DNA from: Tieghemostelium lacteum
Lineage: Eukaryota
Length of the DNA: 64,000 bases
Assembly (NCBI GenBank): GCA_001606155.1
Contig: LODT01000042.1
Location: 207,758-271,757, forward strand
Direction: 5' to 3'
Positions 1 to 11,869 of the stretch are shown piece by piece. Each line of letters begins with the position of its first letter. Position 1 is the stretch's first letter. A program made the translations under genes and the position numbers. The notes below the pieces were generated by a model. It did no database searches and was not told the DNA's origin. It worked only from the letters and a program-made list of their open reading frames with translations.

Positions 1-1
1 A

Positions 2-1891
2 CTTGTGCCTATTCTCACTATTGAAGATGCAATTGCTCAGAATAGCTATCTTAACTGTACACATATAATCAATGACGGTGACTATGAAAAAGGGTTCCAA
101 GAGTCTAAACATATCCTGGAAGGTGAGATTTACGTTGGTGGTCAAGAACACTTTTATCTAGAAACACAAGGTACCCTTGCAGTACCAGGTGAAGGCGACG
201 AACTCACCATCTACGCATCCACACAAAACCCAATGAAAACACAGTCTATTGTAAGCTATGCTCTGGGAATCCCTGCTAATCAGGTTGTATGTAAACTTAA
301 GAGAATGGGAGGAGGTTTCGGTGGAAAAGAGACCAGATCCGTTTATGTAAGTTGCCTTGCATCTCTAGCAGCACATAAACTCAAGAAACCGGTTAGAATG
401 ATTCTAGATAGAGACACTGATATGATTACCAGTGGTAGCAGACACCCTTTCCTAGGTCGTTACAAAATAGGTTTCAATGACGAAGGTCGTATTCACAGCG
501 CCCTCATTCAACTCTACGCAGATGCTGGGTATTCGTTTGACTTGAGTATAGGTGTACTAGACAGAGCAATGTTCCACTCTGAAAACGCATACAAAATTCC
601 AAACTTCACAGTTATTGGCAAACTCTGTAAGACTAATTTACCAACCAACACTGCATTCAGAGGTTTTGGAGGTCCACAAGGTATGATCATTTGCGAGAAT
701 TGGGTAGAACGTATTGCACATTTCCTCAAGAAACCATCAAAGGAGATTAGAGAGATCAACTTCTATAAAGAACATGATATAACTCATTACAAACAAGAGA
801 TTACCAATTGTCAATTACAACGTGTTTGGAGTGAAATTCAAATTCAGAGTCAATATCAAGAACGTCTTGCTGGGATTGACCAATTCAACAAAGAAAATCG
901 TTGGAAAAAGAGAGGTATCTCACTGATTCCTACTAAATTTGGTATGTCATTTACAGTAAAGACTCTCAATCAAGCTGGTGCTTTGGTGCATTTGTATACT
1001 GATGGATCAGTTCTGGTGTCTCATGGTGGAACTGAAATGGGTCAAGGTTTGCATACTAAGATTATACAGATTGCCGCTAGAGAAATGGGTGTGCCTGTAG
1101 ATAAGGTGTTCATCAGTGAGACCTCTACAGACAAGGTTGCAAACACTGCACCTACTGCAGCCTCTGTAAGTTCTGATATGAACGGTATGGCAGTTCTCTA
1201 TGCATGCCAACAGATTAATGAACGTCTTAAGCCACTTCGTGAGAAGAATCCAACATTTTCAGTAAAACAAATTGCAAATCTGGCTTATGCTGAGAGAATT
1301 AATCTTTCTGCTAACGGATTCTATGCAACTCCAAATGTGGGATACATATTTAAAGACAGTGGTGTTGGTGAAGGTACACCATTCAACTATTTCAGTTATG
1401 GTGCAGCTTGTTCGGAGGTTGAAGTCGACCTTTTGACTGGTGACCATACCATTCTCAGAACTGATATTGTTATGGACGTCGGTGAGTCTTTGAACCCTGC
1501 TATTGATATCGGTCAAGTTGAGGGTGCATTTGTTCAAGGTGTTGGTTGGTGTACACTTGAAGAGGTTGTAACATTTAAACCATCAGGATACATGTTCACT
1601 AGAGGTCCTTCAACTTATAAGATACCAGGTTTCAATGATGTACCTCTGGTATTCAATGTCTCATTACTCAATAACTCACCAAATCATAAAGCTATCCATT
1701 CATCAAAAGGTGTTGGAGAACCTCCTTTATTCTTGGGTAGCAGTGTATACTTTGCTTTGCGTCATGCCATCACTGAAGCCAGAAAAGAAAGTAAACTAGT
1801 TGATTGGTTTGATTTATCATCTCCACTTACATGTGAACGTATAAGAAATAGTTGTATTGATAAATTTACACTTCAATTCTCAAAGAAATAA
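2..1891 (+). CDS. xdh: Xanthine dehydrogenase/oxidase, C-terminal molybdopterin-binding (aldehyde oxidase/XDH a/b hammerhead + MoCo) part; 5' end lies outside the window
   Basis: Long ORF open to the window edge. It contains hallmark XDH motifs: GGGFGGKETRS, the catalytic-region sequence SETSTDKVANTAPTAASVSSDMNG and the conserved region EGAFVQGVGWCTLEE. Stop TAA at 1889-1891. The assignment is family-level from motif memory. Confidence 0.9.
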   Translation, partial: LVPILTIEDAIAQNSYLNCTHIINDGDYEKGFQESKHILEGEIYVGGQEHFYLETQGTLAVPGEGDELTIYASTQNPMKTQSIVSYALGIPANQVVCKLKRMGGGFGGKETRSVYVSCLASLAAHKLKKPVRMILDRDTDMITSGSRHPFLGRYKIGFNDEGRIHSALIQLYADAGYSFDLSIGVLDRAMFHSENAYKIPNFTVIGKLCKTNLPTNTAFRGFGGPQGMIICENWVERIAHFLKKPSKEIREINFYKEHDITHYKQEITNCQLQRVWSEIQIQSQYQERLAGIDQFNKENRWKKRGISLIPTKFGMSFTVKTLNQAGALVHLYTDGSVLVSHGGTEMGQGLHTKIIQIAAREMGVPVDKVFISETSTDKVANTAPTAASVSSDMNGMAVLYACQQINERLKPLREKNPTFSVKQIANLAYAERINLSANGFYATPNVGYIFKDSGVGEGTPFNYFSYGAACSEVEVDLLTGDHTILRTDIVMDVGESLNPAIDIGQVEGAFVQGVGWCTLEEVVTFKPSGYMFTRGPSTYKIPGFNDVPLVFNVSLLNNSPNHKAIHSSKGVGEPPLFLGSSVYFALRHAITEARKESKLVDWFDLSSPLTCERIRNSCIDKFTLQFSKK

Positions 1892-2159
1892 ACAAATAAA
1901 TAAATAAATTCACACTTCTATATTCCCACACTTTATTCGATTCAAAAAAATATAAAAATAAAAATAGAATTAAACTATATTAAAATTCAACACCACACTC
2001 TATTTTACCACAATGAAAAAATTAACACTACTCCTATAGAGATATTATTAAAAAAGTATTTGAATAATCTCGAGATTAATGTTATCGCGTTAAAATTTTT
2101 AATATCATTTAATTTTATAAGTACTATTCTGCAGAATAGTCTATGTGGACATTATTTAG

Positions 2160-3430
2160 ATGGTAAAATTACATAGTATAGAGATAATAGCATTTCTTGT
2201 GATATTATATATAAGCACAGTACAATGCCAACCGAAGTTTATAAATATATTTGGAGCTTCATGTAAATTAGATTTATGTGAAGTTCAATCCTATAATATA
2301 GAGGTTCATAATCAAAGTAAAATTGAACCATTACATGAATTCTCAGTTGGAAAGGATTACAGTTTATTTGGATATTATACTAAAGATAGAGTAAATTATT
2401 ATAATTAAAATAGATGTTAATTATTTGAATATTGGAAAATTATATTAATATAAATTGATAGATATTATATTTACAGAGATGGTCAGAGGGTCAATATCAA
2501 TATCATTTTGCAGATTTTACAAATGACGATTTTAATGATGGTGGTATATTAAATGGTGACCATAAATTAGCTTATGGGTTAAAAATGGTTAATCCATTTG
2601 CCAAGTTATGGATGGTAAATGAAAAATTTAGATTTGTATTTATGGGGCTGGCAGTTGGTGAGAATAGCCATTTGGTTGTAAAATTATTTGAACATTATTA
2701 TTCACCAATTCTCAATTTTAACACAACAGTACAGGTAAATGAAAAGGAATTGGGAAGTTTTCTTACGAGCTCTGATATGAAATCAAAGATTTACTATGCC
2801 TATTTTAAAGATATAAAAAATCAATATTATGTATCCCTGTTTAACTATACTGAGATTTGTCCTGACGAGAACTGTGGGAATCCAGAACAGGATCCATGTC
2901 ATGACGGAAAATGTGAAAAAGCAAAAACCATACACCCCTTTTCAATGAATCTTACCAATCTTCATATAAACGGTCACAAGAATCTGGTGTATTTCTCTGG
3001 AAATGATCCGGTTACTCAACGTCTGGCAGTGTACAGTTTCAATATGACCAGTAAGAAACTAGAGTTTCTGTTTTCTAAAAACTATAATCTCAGTCACACT
3101 ATAGACCAGTCTTCGAATCACGGTCAGAATGATAGCAGATACTGTCTATTCTATTCCCATGATGCACACTGGGCTACCATTTTTTATTTTGAGAGTGGTA
3201 AATATATAGACTATCAATTGAATATACCCAGTGCCCTACTGAAACCTTATAGTAGTGTCTACTATTTTGTCTCTGATCTCAATGCAGGTGATCAAGTTCC
3301 CCTAACTGTCAAAGATGACGAATTTCAAGAGAATTTAGAACATAATTCAACTGCTGCTGCCATTAACTACTATAATCGATATGTACTGTTGAGCATTGCC
3401 TTATTGGTGCTAGTGTTACCGATAACCTAA
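2160..3430 (+). CDS. Hypothetical secreted or membrane-anchored glycoprotein (signal peptide, many NxS/T sites, C-terminal hydrophobic tail), 2 exons about 2160..2390 and 2477..3430
   Basis: ATG at 2160 followed by a hydrophobic signal-like N-terminus (VKLHSIEIIAFLVILYISTVQC). A GTAAAT...TTTACAG intron of about 86 nt at 2391..2476 joins the ORFs 2160..2408 and 2585..3430 in phase 0. C-terminus is LLSIALLVLVLPIT (TM or GPI signal). No recognisable family. Confidence 0.5.
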
Positions 3431-3605
3431 ACTCTGTTATTATCTTCTTTAACTATAATAATTATATAAAACATAATGTATGATATATATCATATTGACT
3501 TTGTATTTTGTTTTTTTTTTTTATTTTTTATACCTATTTGTATGTATATATATCCACTGTCTTTTTCTTTACATTTGTTTTTGATATTCGTTTGAATTGT
3601 TATTC

Positions 3606-4023
3606 TTAACCTAAGAAGTTGAATACAACAAGATGAAGAATTAAATTACAAAATAGATAATCTGCAAATGATCTTTCAAATGAAATATTTTTAAAATTGT
3701 TTGCTGGGTTTACTTGAATTCTTAAACATACTATAGATAGATAATTATTAGTTTTTCCACAATGAACAAAAGTGTGTGCTGTGATTCTGAATTTTCAATT
3801 AAAACCTACCTGTTAAAACAAAACAACCAACACATGAGATGAAAGCTGCTAAAAATGAATTAAATGGAAAGGTACCAACTGCACAACAATAGGCAAATAC
3901 AAATACACCAGTGAGGAATGTATATATCAAAAATAGATCAATAAACTTTAATTTTTGTGGTGTTTTGGTTTTATAACTGTCATAAAATTGATTAACAATA
4001 GCTCCAAATCCTAAATTTGACAT
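3606..4023 (-). CDS. dad1: DAD1/OST2 oligosaccharyltransferase subunit (defender against cell death 1), 2 exons 3810..4023 and 3606..3730
   Basis: Exon 1 (ORF 3799..4023) reads ...[52 protein letters not shown], near-identical to metazoan DAD1. Donor ACAG|GTAGGT. A 79-nt intron runs to acceptor CTATAG. Exon 2 reads [41 protein letters not shown], matching the DAD1 C-terminus. Total about 112 aa. Confidence 0.9.
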
Positions 4024-4494
4024 TTTCTATATCTGATTGCTGTTATTGATGATCAAATCAAAAATAAAAAAAAAAAAGTCAATTTTGTAAAAAAAAAATG
4101 AAGTTGAACTTGATGATTTCATATTACATGTATTTTAATAAATATATTTTAGATTTGTTATATTCCCGTTACATCTTGAAATGATATTCTGAGAATAGTA
4201 AACTTATTAATGGGACATTTATAAATTCAATTAAAAATGGTCAAGTATATATAAGAATTCTTTATCAGGTAGGTAAGGCACTAGATAAACCAAAAGACAG
4301 TAGAAAATAATTTTTATAGATAAATTCATTATTATAATAATAAAAATTAAAAATGTTTCCTTTTTTTTTTAATTTTGACACTGATTTTTTAATTATTTAT
4401 TGATTACTTTTACAAGAGTGGAAACCATCAGATTAAACAAATCTAAAATAATATATTATTTTTTTTTTAGTTGTAATAAAGAAATCTAAAAACA

Positions 4495-5528
4495 ATGAAC
4501 ATGTTAGAGAAATTTGATTATGAGTTACTGCGATCAGTTGGTAACAATGATGTAAAAAAACTAAGAGAGATGATTGATTGTGGTGCAGATATAAATATGA
4601 AAGAGTATGAAAAAGGTACCACTGCACTGCATATTGCGTCATCTAGAGGTCATAAACAGTGTATAGAGTTGCTGGTATCGAGAGGTGCCGATGTAAATGT
4701 ACAAGACAGCAGAGGAGTCACACCACTACATTCACTCGTAACTAATAGATATGATGTATTGGCTCTGTGGTTGATTAGACAGGGTGCCAGTATGAATATC
4801 AAAGATAAGAATGGTTTCTCTCCTTATGATTTAGCACAAGGTTGGTTCCAGAAAGAAATGGTTCAAGCATCAGAAGGTAAAATCAGTCAGACTGAAGAAT
4901 CCATTCAAGAGATTGAAGAACAACATAAAAAAGAAATGAAAAATATACAAACTCAACAATCTAATTTCAACCCCAAACCTCTAGTTTCACAACCACCTTC
5001 ATCACTATCACCACAAATACAATCCACAACAGCCCCAGTAACCCCACCAATCTCAGGTTTTGATACCTTAAAAGGTGGTTTTGATACTCTAAAAATTAAA
5101 GATTTAAATAGTACCCTTAAAACTGTTAGTATCACTCCCTACTCCCCATCTAAACACCTTCTTCATATACTAACATCCATCTTAAATCAATATACATGCA
5201 TATACAGGAAGTTATCAAAGTATACTTTAGAAATGATTCATATAAGAGTATAAAAATTACATCAGCAGATACAGCAAGAGATTTAACAAAGAAAATGTGT
5301 GAGAAGTTTAATATGCCAACATTTGATAAATGTTTTGATTTGGTGGAGGTTGTAAAAGGTGAAATGAAATTTTTAGCACCTACTGATTATATAATGGCTG
5401 TTAAAACTAAATGGCCTATTATTGTAGGTTCTTCAGGTAATGAAACACATTTACATTGTCATTTCTCTATTGTCATTAGAAAATCTGCTCCATCTGAAGC
5501 TGTAGAATTATTCTCAAAGGTCATTTAA
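4495..5528 (+). CDS. Ankyrin-repeat protein with C-terminal Ras-association/ubiquitin-like (RA) domain; probable exons 4495..5124 and 5208..5528
   Basis: ANK repeat consensus (TALHIASSRGHKQCIELLVSRGADVNVQDSRGVTPLH). ORF 4495..5253 and frame-shifted ORF 5196..5528 can be joined by an 83-nt intron (GTTAGT...TACTAAC...ACAG) in phase 0. The second exon has a ubiquitin-fold RA-like sequence (VIKVYFRNDSYKSIKITSADTARDLTKKMCEKF). Confidence 0.55.
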
Positions 5529-5757
5529 AATGATCAACGTCCACATCTATCATTAAAACAAACTGTTGTATTATAATCCAAAAACAATATTTAATTGTTC
5601 TATTATTTTTTCTTATCATTGGACCTTTCTATCATTTCTAATTTTATTCTTTGTGATGGAAATAAGTTTTTTTTTTTGAATTATATTTGAAAAATTAAAA
5701 ATATTTAAATTAATTGCAAAAACGACCGAGTGGTGAACCAAATTACAAAAGAAAAAA

Positions 5758-6594
5758 ATGAGTGCACCTCTAAATAATAGACAAAAGAAAGAGTTATTTA
5801 AGAAAAGGGGATTAGTTTCCACTAAAAAGAGTGATAATAGTACACTATCTATAGATAGATTTTCAAAAGCCAAAAACACTGTTTATGTAAATAAAGAAAG
5901 TACGTAGTTGAATAGAGTATTAAATATAGATGATTTGGTTGTCTGATATGAAATAATGTAAATTACAGAAATCGAAGCTAAAAAAAAAGAAAACAAGATT
6001 CAATTTCAGTATAAGAAAAATAGAGAAAAGCATGTAAAGACTGAAGATATTTATGAAAAGTTACAGAAAGATGACCCTCTTTCAAGATTTGGGTTAGGTG
6101 AATCATCCACCTATGATCAAACTCTAAAAGAAGAAAATAAGAATAAAAACAATAGAATAAGAGGTGATAAAAAGAGAAAGAAAATGGATGACAATAATAG
6201 CAGCACCAATAATAATATTGATAATGAACAAGAAGATGTAGACGAAGATGAAGTTGATAATAGTTCATCAAAGAAAAAACTAAAATTAGATAGTAATAAT
6301 AAAAAGGATAAAGATGAAGTTGAAAAAGATGTGAATAAAAAAGAAGATACTGAAGAGATAAAGATAAAAGGTGGATCTGCAACAGAGAGATTTAAACAGG
6401 CAAGAGCTGAATATATAAAAATGAAAGCAGAAAAAGAAGCTAGAATAAAGGAAGCTGCTGTAAAGAAAGCTGAATCTGAAGCAAAACAAGCTGCAAAGAA
6501 AAAAGAAAAGAAGTTCTTACAAAAGAGAACCTCTAAAGGTCAACCAATCATGAAAAACCTAATGAATAATCTATTGAAAAAAATTCAAGAATAG
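5758..6594 (+). CDS. Lysine-rich coiled-coil, nucleolar-type protein; possible M-phase phosphoprotein 6 (MPP6, exosome cofactor) family; exons about 5758..5899 and 5969..6594
   Basis: ATG at 5758 (MSAPLNNRQKKELFKKRGLVSTKK...). GTACGT donor after ...VNKE, ACAG acceptor, phase 1. Continues ...LSRFGLGE...FKQARAEYIKMKAEKEARIKE...KKFLQKRTSKGQP. The N-terminal KxLxxxKFMQRGL-like and RFG motifs resemble MPP6 weakly. Confidence 0.4.
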
Positions 6595-6730
6595 AATGAA
6601 ATTCATTGGATTAAACAATTGTAAATATCTCAATAAAACACACTATCATGTTGTGTGTTTTATCAGATAAATTGGATTTTTTTTTTTTTTAACGATATCT
6701 TTTAATTTGAAATGCGTTGTGGTTTGGTCT

Positions 6731-6754
6731 AAACCTAAACCTAAACCTAAACTA
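6731..6754. repeat. (CCTAAA)4 microsatellite in the promoter region of the MUS81-like gene
   Basis: Direct reading: cctaaacctaaacctaaacctaaa, followed by ctagactaaa. Confidence 0.6.
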
Positions 6755-6787
6755 GACTAAATATTGGTTTTGTAGATATTTGGTATA

Positions 6788-9214
6788 ATGTCAACAGATT
6801 CAAAATTTGACCAAGTTATAAACCTAGAGGATGACGATACTGAAGATGAAAAAGATATCAAAGATAATAATAATATACAACCATTAATACAAAATTGTAT
6901 TGAATTAGAGGATGGTGATACTGAAGATGAAAATGAGCTATCAAGTGATCAAAGTAGCTTCAGAGGTATCTCAAATATAACCTTAAATTCTCAAAAGAGT
7001 ATTATCTCTATAACAGATACTGACAGTCCCATAAAACAAAATAATAACAACTGCAATAGCAAGAGACCACATAGTGACATTAGTACTCCATTTAATACAT
7101 TGATATCACAACAACTAGATTGGATTCAAAGTGAAAAAGAAAATTTATTTGATGCAATATCCCAATATCAAAAGAAACATTCCCCGGTTATCCAGCCTCA
7201 AACACAGCAATCACAAAGTTCACTACAAATATCACCCAAACTGCAACCTCAACAATCACAAAATCCACTGCAGATATCACCAAAACTACAATCTCAACAA
7301 ATACAACAATCACAAAGTTCATTACAAATATCACCCAAACTGCAACCTCAACAATCCCAAAGCTCTCTACAAATTTCTCCCAAACAACAATCGCAGAATT
7401 CACAGAATTCACTACAAATATCACCTAAACCACAATCACAACAATCACAGTATTCACAGAATTCACTACAAATATCACCGAAACAACAATCTCAGCAGTA
7501 TAATATTATAAAAGATGAGGTTGAATTACCTAATAAGAAAGTAAAATTAACATCATCTGAACCATCATTACCAACTATAACAGGGAGTGGTTATAAGGTA
7601 ACCAAGTTTATTTCAAAATCAAAATCTGAATCAAATATTGGATATGATGGTGATGATGATTTTAAACCTCTGCTTTTGACTAGAGCTGCTGGAGTTAATC
7701 AACCTCCACCTAAGGATAAGGCAAAGTTAGACTATGTACCTAAATTTAAACAGTTGGTTTATGGTATACTCATACAACTGAGTAAGTTGCATAATGGTCC
7801 TAATGCATCTATTCGTAAATCAAATATAGTTAATGGTGCTCAGAAATACTCTGAAGTTGACCTGAGGGATCCTGATTATAGGGATAGAAGTAATGTAACT
7901 TCTGCGCTAGACCATCAGATGTATACTCAGGGTTTACTCACAGCTGGTAAGGAGTCTGAATCCTATATGCTGACTAATAAAGGTTTGATAATGGCTAGAC
8001 TTACAAGTCAGTATGAAGACATTTATCAACAGTTTATCAAACTGAATGAAATGAACACTGATTTCAAGCAAAATGAAATTGATATTGTTATAGATCAACA
8101 AGAGAAAATGTGTGAATCTATGGTTAGAAACTTTCAAGAGATTGGTGCGAACCCACATGTACATTCGTTACCTTCTGGTGACTTTATTCTAGTTAAAAGA
8201 GACTCGAGTAAACTTAATCCGAGAAATGGAAGAATTGATATAGACCAATGTAATTTCTATCCATTTCTCTTTGAGAGAAAAACTTGGGCTGATTTGGCAA
8301 AAACCCTAAAAGACAAAAGAATTGATACTCAAAAGACAAAAATGAAGGCACATCCTGCTATTCTCATGAGATTCTATATCATTGAAGGAAACATTGATCA
8401 CTTTTTCGAAGATGAGTGCTCTAAAGGTGAACTGAGAAGAGCTGTAGATGAAATCTCACTCGAACACGGCTTTAATATCATCAGATCGACATCTATTTGG
8501 GATACTTGTAAACAGCTATCAATGATTGCAAAGATGTTGAGTATGGACCCTTTGTTAAAGGAACTTTATAAGGTCATACCTTTCCTACCTTTTAAAAAAT
8601 CAGTAAATAGTGTGGCTAGAACAGCATCACAAGAAGTTCCTGTTAAGGTAAATACGCATGGTAGAGTGTTTCTTGAGTGGTCTGTAGACCAATTTCAAGA
8701 GTATGTGCTGAACAATACATATAGACAACATGTATCTACCATTTTGAAATCTGATAAGTCAGATAAGTTTATAAAGTTTCAGCAATATGAATTGTTCCAA
8801 AACAAGATTAGGATGAAACATAATAGACTGTTCAAACAGTACCTTTTACACCATCAAAAGTTTCCAAATGATCCTTATACTGATGGGTATAGGTCAATTA
8901 CCTCTTTAATCTGTCATCACCTTGACTTGGATATTCTAAGTTATAATCTATTACACATTCAATTGTCAACTGGATCCCTATTATACACTTCCCTAACTCA
9001 AGATGAAAAATACAATCTAGAGGCAAACTTTGATAAAGATGAAGAACTTTCATCTAAATTAATCCTATCCAAAGCCTTTAGTAAAAGACTTTTGTTAATG
9101 GCAAAATCAGTTCCGGATCCAAATTCCTATAACAACAACAATAATAACAATAATACTAATAATAACAATAGTAATAATAATAATAGTTCATCAATATTTA
9201 TAGATGAAGATTAA
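6788..9214 (+). CDS. mus81: MUS81-like structure-specific endonuclease (winged-helix + ERCC4 nuclease domain) with a long low-complexity N-terminal extension
   Basis: ERCC4 catalytic block GDFILV...FLFERKTWADL...DKRIDTQKTKMK...FYIIEGN matches the XPF/MUS81 motif GDx...ERKxxxDL...DGR..EQ...Y-vEE-G. An upstream winged-helix-like segment (VYGILIQLSKLHNGPNASIRKS...) fits MUS81 rather than EME1. The N-terminus carries SLQISPKxQ(P/S)QQSQ repeats. Confidence 0.6.
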   Translation: MSTDSKFDQVINLEDDDTEDEKDIKDNNNIQPLIQNCIELEDGDTEDENELSSDQSSFRGISNITLNSQKSIISITDTDSPIKQNNNNCNSKRPHSDISTPFNTLISQQLDWIQSEKENLFDAISQYQKKHSPVIQPQTQQSQSSLQISPKLQPQQSQNPLQISPKLQSQQIQQSQSSLQISPKLQPQQSQSSLQISPKQQSQNSQNSLQISPKPQSQQSQYSQNSLQISPKQQSQQYNIIKDEVELPNKKVKLTSSEPSLPTITGSGYKVTKFISKSKSESNIGYDGDDDFKPLLLTRAAGVNQPPPKDKAKLDYVPKFKQLVYGILIQLSKLHNGPNASIRKSNIVNGAQKYSEVDLRDPDYRDRSNVTSALDHQMYTQGLLTAGKESESYMLTNKGLIMARLTSQYEDIYQQFIKLNEMNTDFKQNEIDIVIDQQEKMCESMVRNFQEIGANPHVHSLPSGDFILVKRDSSKLNPRNGRIDIDQCNFYPFLFERKTWADLAKTLKDKRIDTQKTKMKAHPAILMRFYIIEGNIDHFFEDECSKGELRRAVDEISLEHGFNIIRSTSIWDTCKQLSMIAKMLSMDPLLKELYKVIPFLPFKKSVNSVARTASQEVPVKVNTHGRVFLEWSVDQFQEYVLNNTYRQHVSTILKSDKSDKFIKFQQYELFQNKIRMKHNRLFKQYLLHHQKFPNDPYTDGYRSITSLICHHLDLDILSYNLLHIQLSTGSLLYTSLTQDEKYNLEANFDKDEELSSKLILSKAFSKRLLLMAKSVPDPNSYNNNNNNNNTNNNNSNNNNSSSIFIDED
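7193..7497 (+). repeat. Coding tandem repeat (about 48-51 nt units encoding QSQSSLQISPKLQPQQS) inside the MUS81-like gene
   Basis: About six imperfect direct repeats visible in both the DNA and the translated protein (SLQISPKLQPQQSQN / PLQISPKLQSQQIQQSQS...). Confidence 0.75.
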
Positions 9215-9493
9215 AAAGGGGATTGTGCACCTCATGAGGGTTAAATCTTTTGAATCGAGATTTAGTATAAGTATTACTGCTATGAAAGATAAATTTTAAT
9301 GTTGAATTTTTTATATATAAATATTGATGAAAAGATAATGTAATGTACATAAGTCAAGTAAAAGATTAATTATATTTATAACATTTGAAATAAATGACCC
9401 AAAACACCACATCACTACTAAGTTTTTTTTAAAAAAATTTTTTTTGTATTTCCACTATCAGTGAAGTGACATTTACTGATTTCATATAGCAAA

Positions 9494-11775
9494 ATGAGTC
9501 AGTCAAGGTTATCCAGATATACTAAAAACAGTAGTCAGAGTTTAATATTATTACTATTTGGATCTAAGGGAGTTAGAGCATGGTGTACGATATCATGTTT
9601 CTATTTATTACATAGTATCTCAGTAATTCAAATATCATTTTGGTTAATGTTATTCAGTACAATATATACAGTAATCTATGAACAACCATGGACAATTAAT
9701 TTTAATCAACTAAAATCAAATTTTTGGAAGAAATCAGTTTATCTAGCTATATTTAATGTTTTAACTATATTATCTTGGAATAATGCTGTAAAATATATTG
9801 GTCCTTTAGGGTATGTCTCTTATAGTATTAAATCATCATCATGACATTGACTAATTATATCAATAATATATAGAGCAATATTGTTATCAGATTACACCTA
9901 TATAACCTATCCAATGGTATTAAATACACTTTTTCAAGGTAACTTTTTAACAACTGATAATGTAGGTATAGAAATCACCATTAAGAAAAATCAATGTAAA
10001 TATGTATTAATATATATGTAAATTCAACAATAGTCAAGAGCATCAGTAATGTTAATTGTAGGTTATTTGTTAATTCCATTATTTGGAGGATCAATTAAAT
10101 ACATAATGTTAGACCCAATAGGAGCACCAGGTGCTACTAATACTGCTGCTGATAGAGCATTTACCTATTCACAATTACTATTTTGGGGATTTGTTTGTTT
10201 AATTTTCCATAACCTTTTGTTAATTTTCCAAAAGAATGTGTTAAAGAAATGGACAATGTCAGGTGGAAAGAGTAAATTACAATCATTTGGAATGGCTATT
10301 GCTACTGTCATTTTAATGTTACTATCATTTTTGCAAGAAGATTCACCTGCAGGTACCTATAGCGCATCATCTACAATCGCATTTGGACAAACTATACAAT
10401 TGATGATCATTGCATTCGTAACTATATTTTATAATCAAATTCTAGAGAAACTTTCTGAACAACAATTGGGTTTCCTAGTACTCAGTAAAGCATCTTTAAC
10501 CTCTTCTGTACTGTTCACTATCATTGCTGGTATATTTATTGGATTCCAATTTCATTTCTCTGCAGTTTTAATTCTAAGTTTTATTTTAATTTTAACTGGT
10601 ATGTATATTAATATTACTGAAATGTTTAATACACTATTATATAACATTTACTAATTAGTTTTTTATTTATAGCAATTCATATATTATTTTCAAAAACCAA
10701 TATTGATATGGACCATCCAATTTCATTTGGAACTGAAGTTGGTAATGTAAGTAGCGGAGGTTCAAGTCAAGAGAGCTCACAGGCTATGGTTATTATAAAA
10801 GATGTAATGAAACAGATTATAGAGAAACCAACATCCAGAAGAATATTTATATTTTTAATTGTAAACTTATTATTTATGTTTGTAGAGATGGCTTATGGTA
10901 TATGGACAAACAGTTTAGGTTTGATCACAGATGCATGTCATATGTTATTTGATGCAACTGCACTGTTTATTGCATTAATTGCTGAAGTGATATCTCAATG
11001 GAAACAAAATGACCAGTATTCATACGGGTACGGTAGAGTTCAGATTCTATCTGGTTTCGTGAATGGTATATTCTTGATTTTCATTGCAGTTACCATTCTA
11101 ATGGAATCCATTGAAAGACTCATGGAACCACCTGAAATCAATACTGACAAATTGCTTTTGGTCTCTGTATTGGGGTTCCTAGTGAACATGGTTGGAATAT
11201 TTTCATTCCACGGTGAAGGAGGTCACGGACATTCCCATGGAGGAGGAGGTGGACATTCACACGGTGGAGGTCACTCACACGGTGCTAAACCTGAGAGTAC
11301 TCCAGGTCAAGAACCCAAGAAGAGAAATGTAAACATTGATGGTGTATTTTTACATTTACTTGCAGATACATTGGGAAGTGTTGGTGTAATTATCAGTTCG
11401 TTGATTATTCAATTTTGGGGGTACACAATGGCTGATCCTATATGCTCACTCTGTATTAGTATATTGATTTTCCTCAGTGTCATTCCACTGATTAAAACCA
11501 CTGCAAAAACATTGTTGCAATGTACACCAGAGAAACTTGAAGGATCAGTGAACATGATTCAACAAGAGATCTCTCAGATTCCAGGTGTACTCAATCTGAT
11601 GAACTCTCATTTCTGGCAACACAATGACGATATCAATGTGGGTACTGTCAAGCTACTCATTGACAACTCTGCAGATTCACAACAAATTAAAAAATCTGTA
11701 TCGAAAATATTGAAATCACATGAGATTAGTGAGATTTCTGTAGAGTTAAATTATCAAGATCATCACCACAAATAA
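9494..11775 (+). CDS. Cation diffusion facilitator zinc transporter, ZnT5 (SLC30A5)-like with extended N-terminal TM region; exons about 9494..9824?, 10062?..10598, 10673..11775
   Basis: The last exon contains the full 6-TM CDF core (SRRIFIFLIVNLLFMFVEMAYGIWTNSLGLITDACHMLFDATALFIAL...GVFLHLLADTLGSVGVIISS...ADPICSL) and a His-rich loop (HGEGGHGHSHGGGGGHSHGGGHSHG). A clean phase-1 intron runs 10599..10672 (GTATGT...TTTATAG). The upstream ORFs 9494..9844 and 10049..10654 are multi-TM and align loosely to the ZnT5 N-terminus. The first intron position is uncertain. Confidence 0.75.
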
Positions 11776-11869
11776 ATTATAAATAATAAATAACAACTAC
11801 CTTAAAGACAAAATCCCTACATTACATATTTCCTATACTATATATTCTTAATTGAGATAACTATTTTTA

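Noticed and set aside
5616-6489. Minus-strand ORFs 5616..5879, 5978..6382 and 6286..6489 with Leu/Phe/Tyr/Ser-rich translations
   Set aside because: They are antisense shadows of the A-rich Lys/Glu-coding MPP6-like gene on the plus strand. They are low complexity with no start context. The plus-strand model is spliced and motif-supported.
7131-7511. ORFs 7131..7511 (+) and 7188..7424 (-) inside the MUS81-like gene
   Set aside because: They are alternative-frame and antisense readings of the SLQISPK tandem repeat. The main frame is continuous with the ERCC4 domain.
9494-10654. Treating the hydrophobic ORFs 9494..9844 and 10049..10654 as separate small membrane-protein genes
   Set aside because: The second ORF splices cleanly (phase 1, 74-nt intron) into the ZnT CDF core exon. 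ZnT5-type transporters have a long multi-TM N-terminal extension. The first junction, however, is not resolved.
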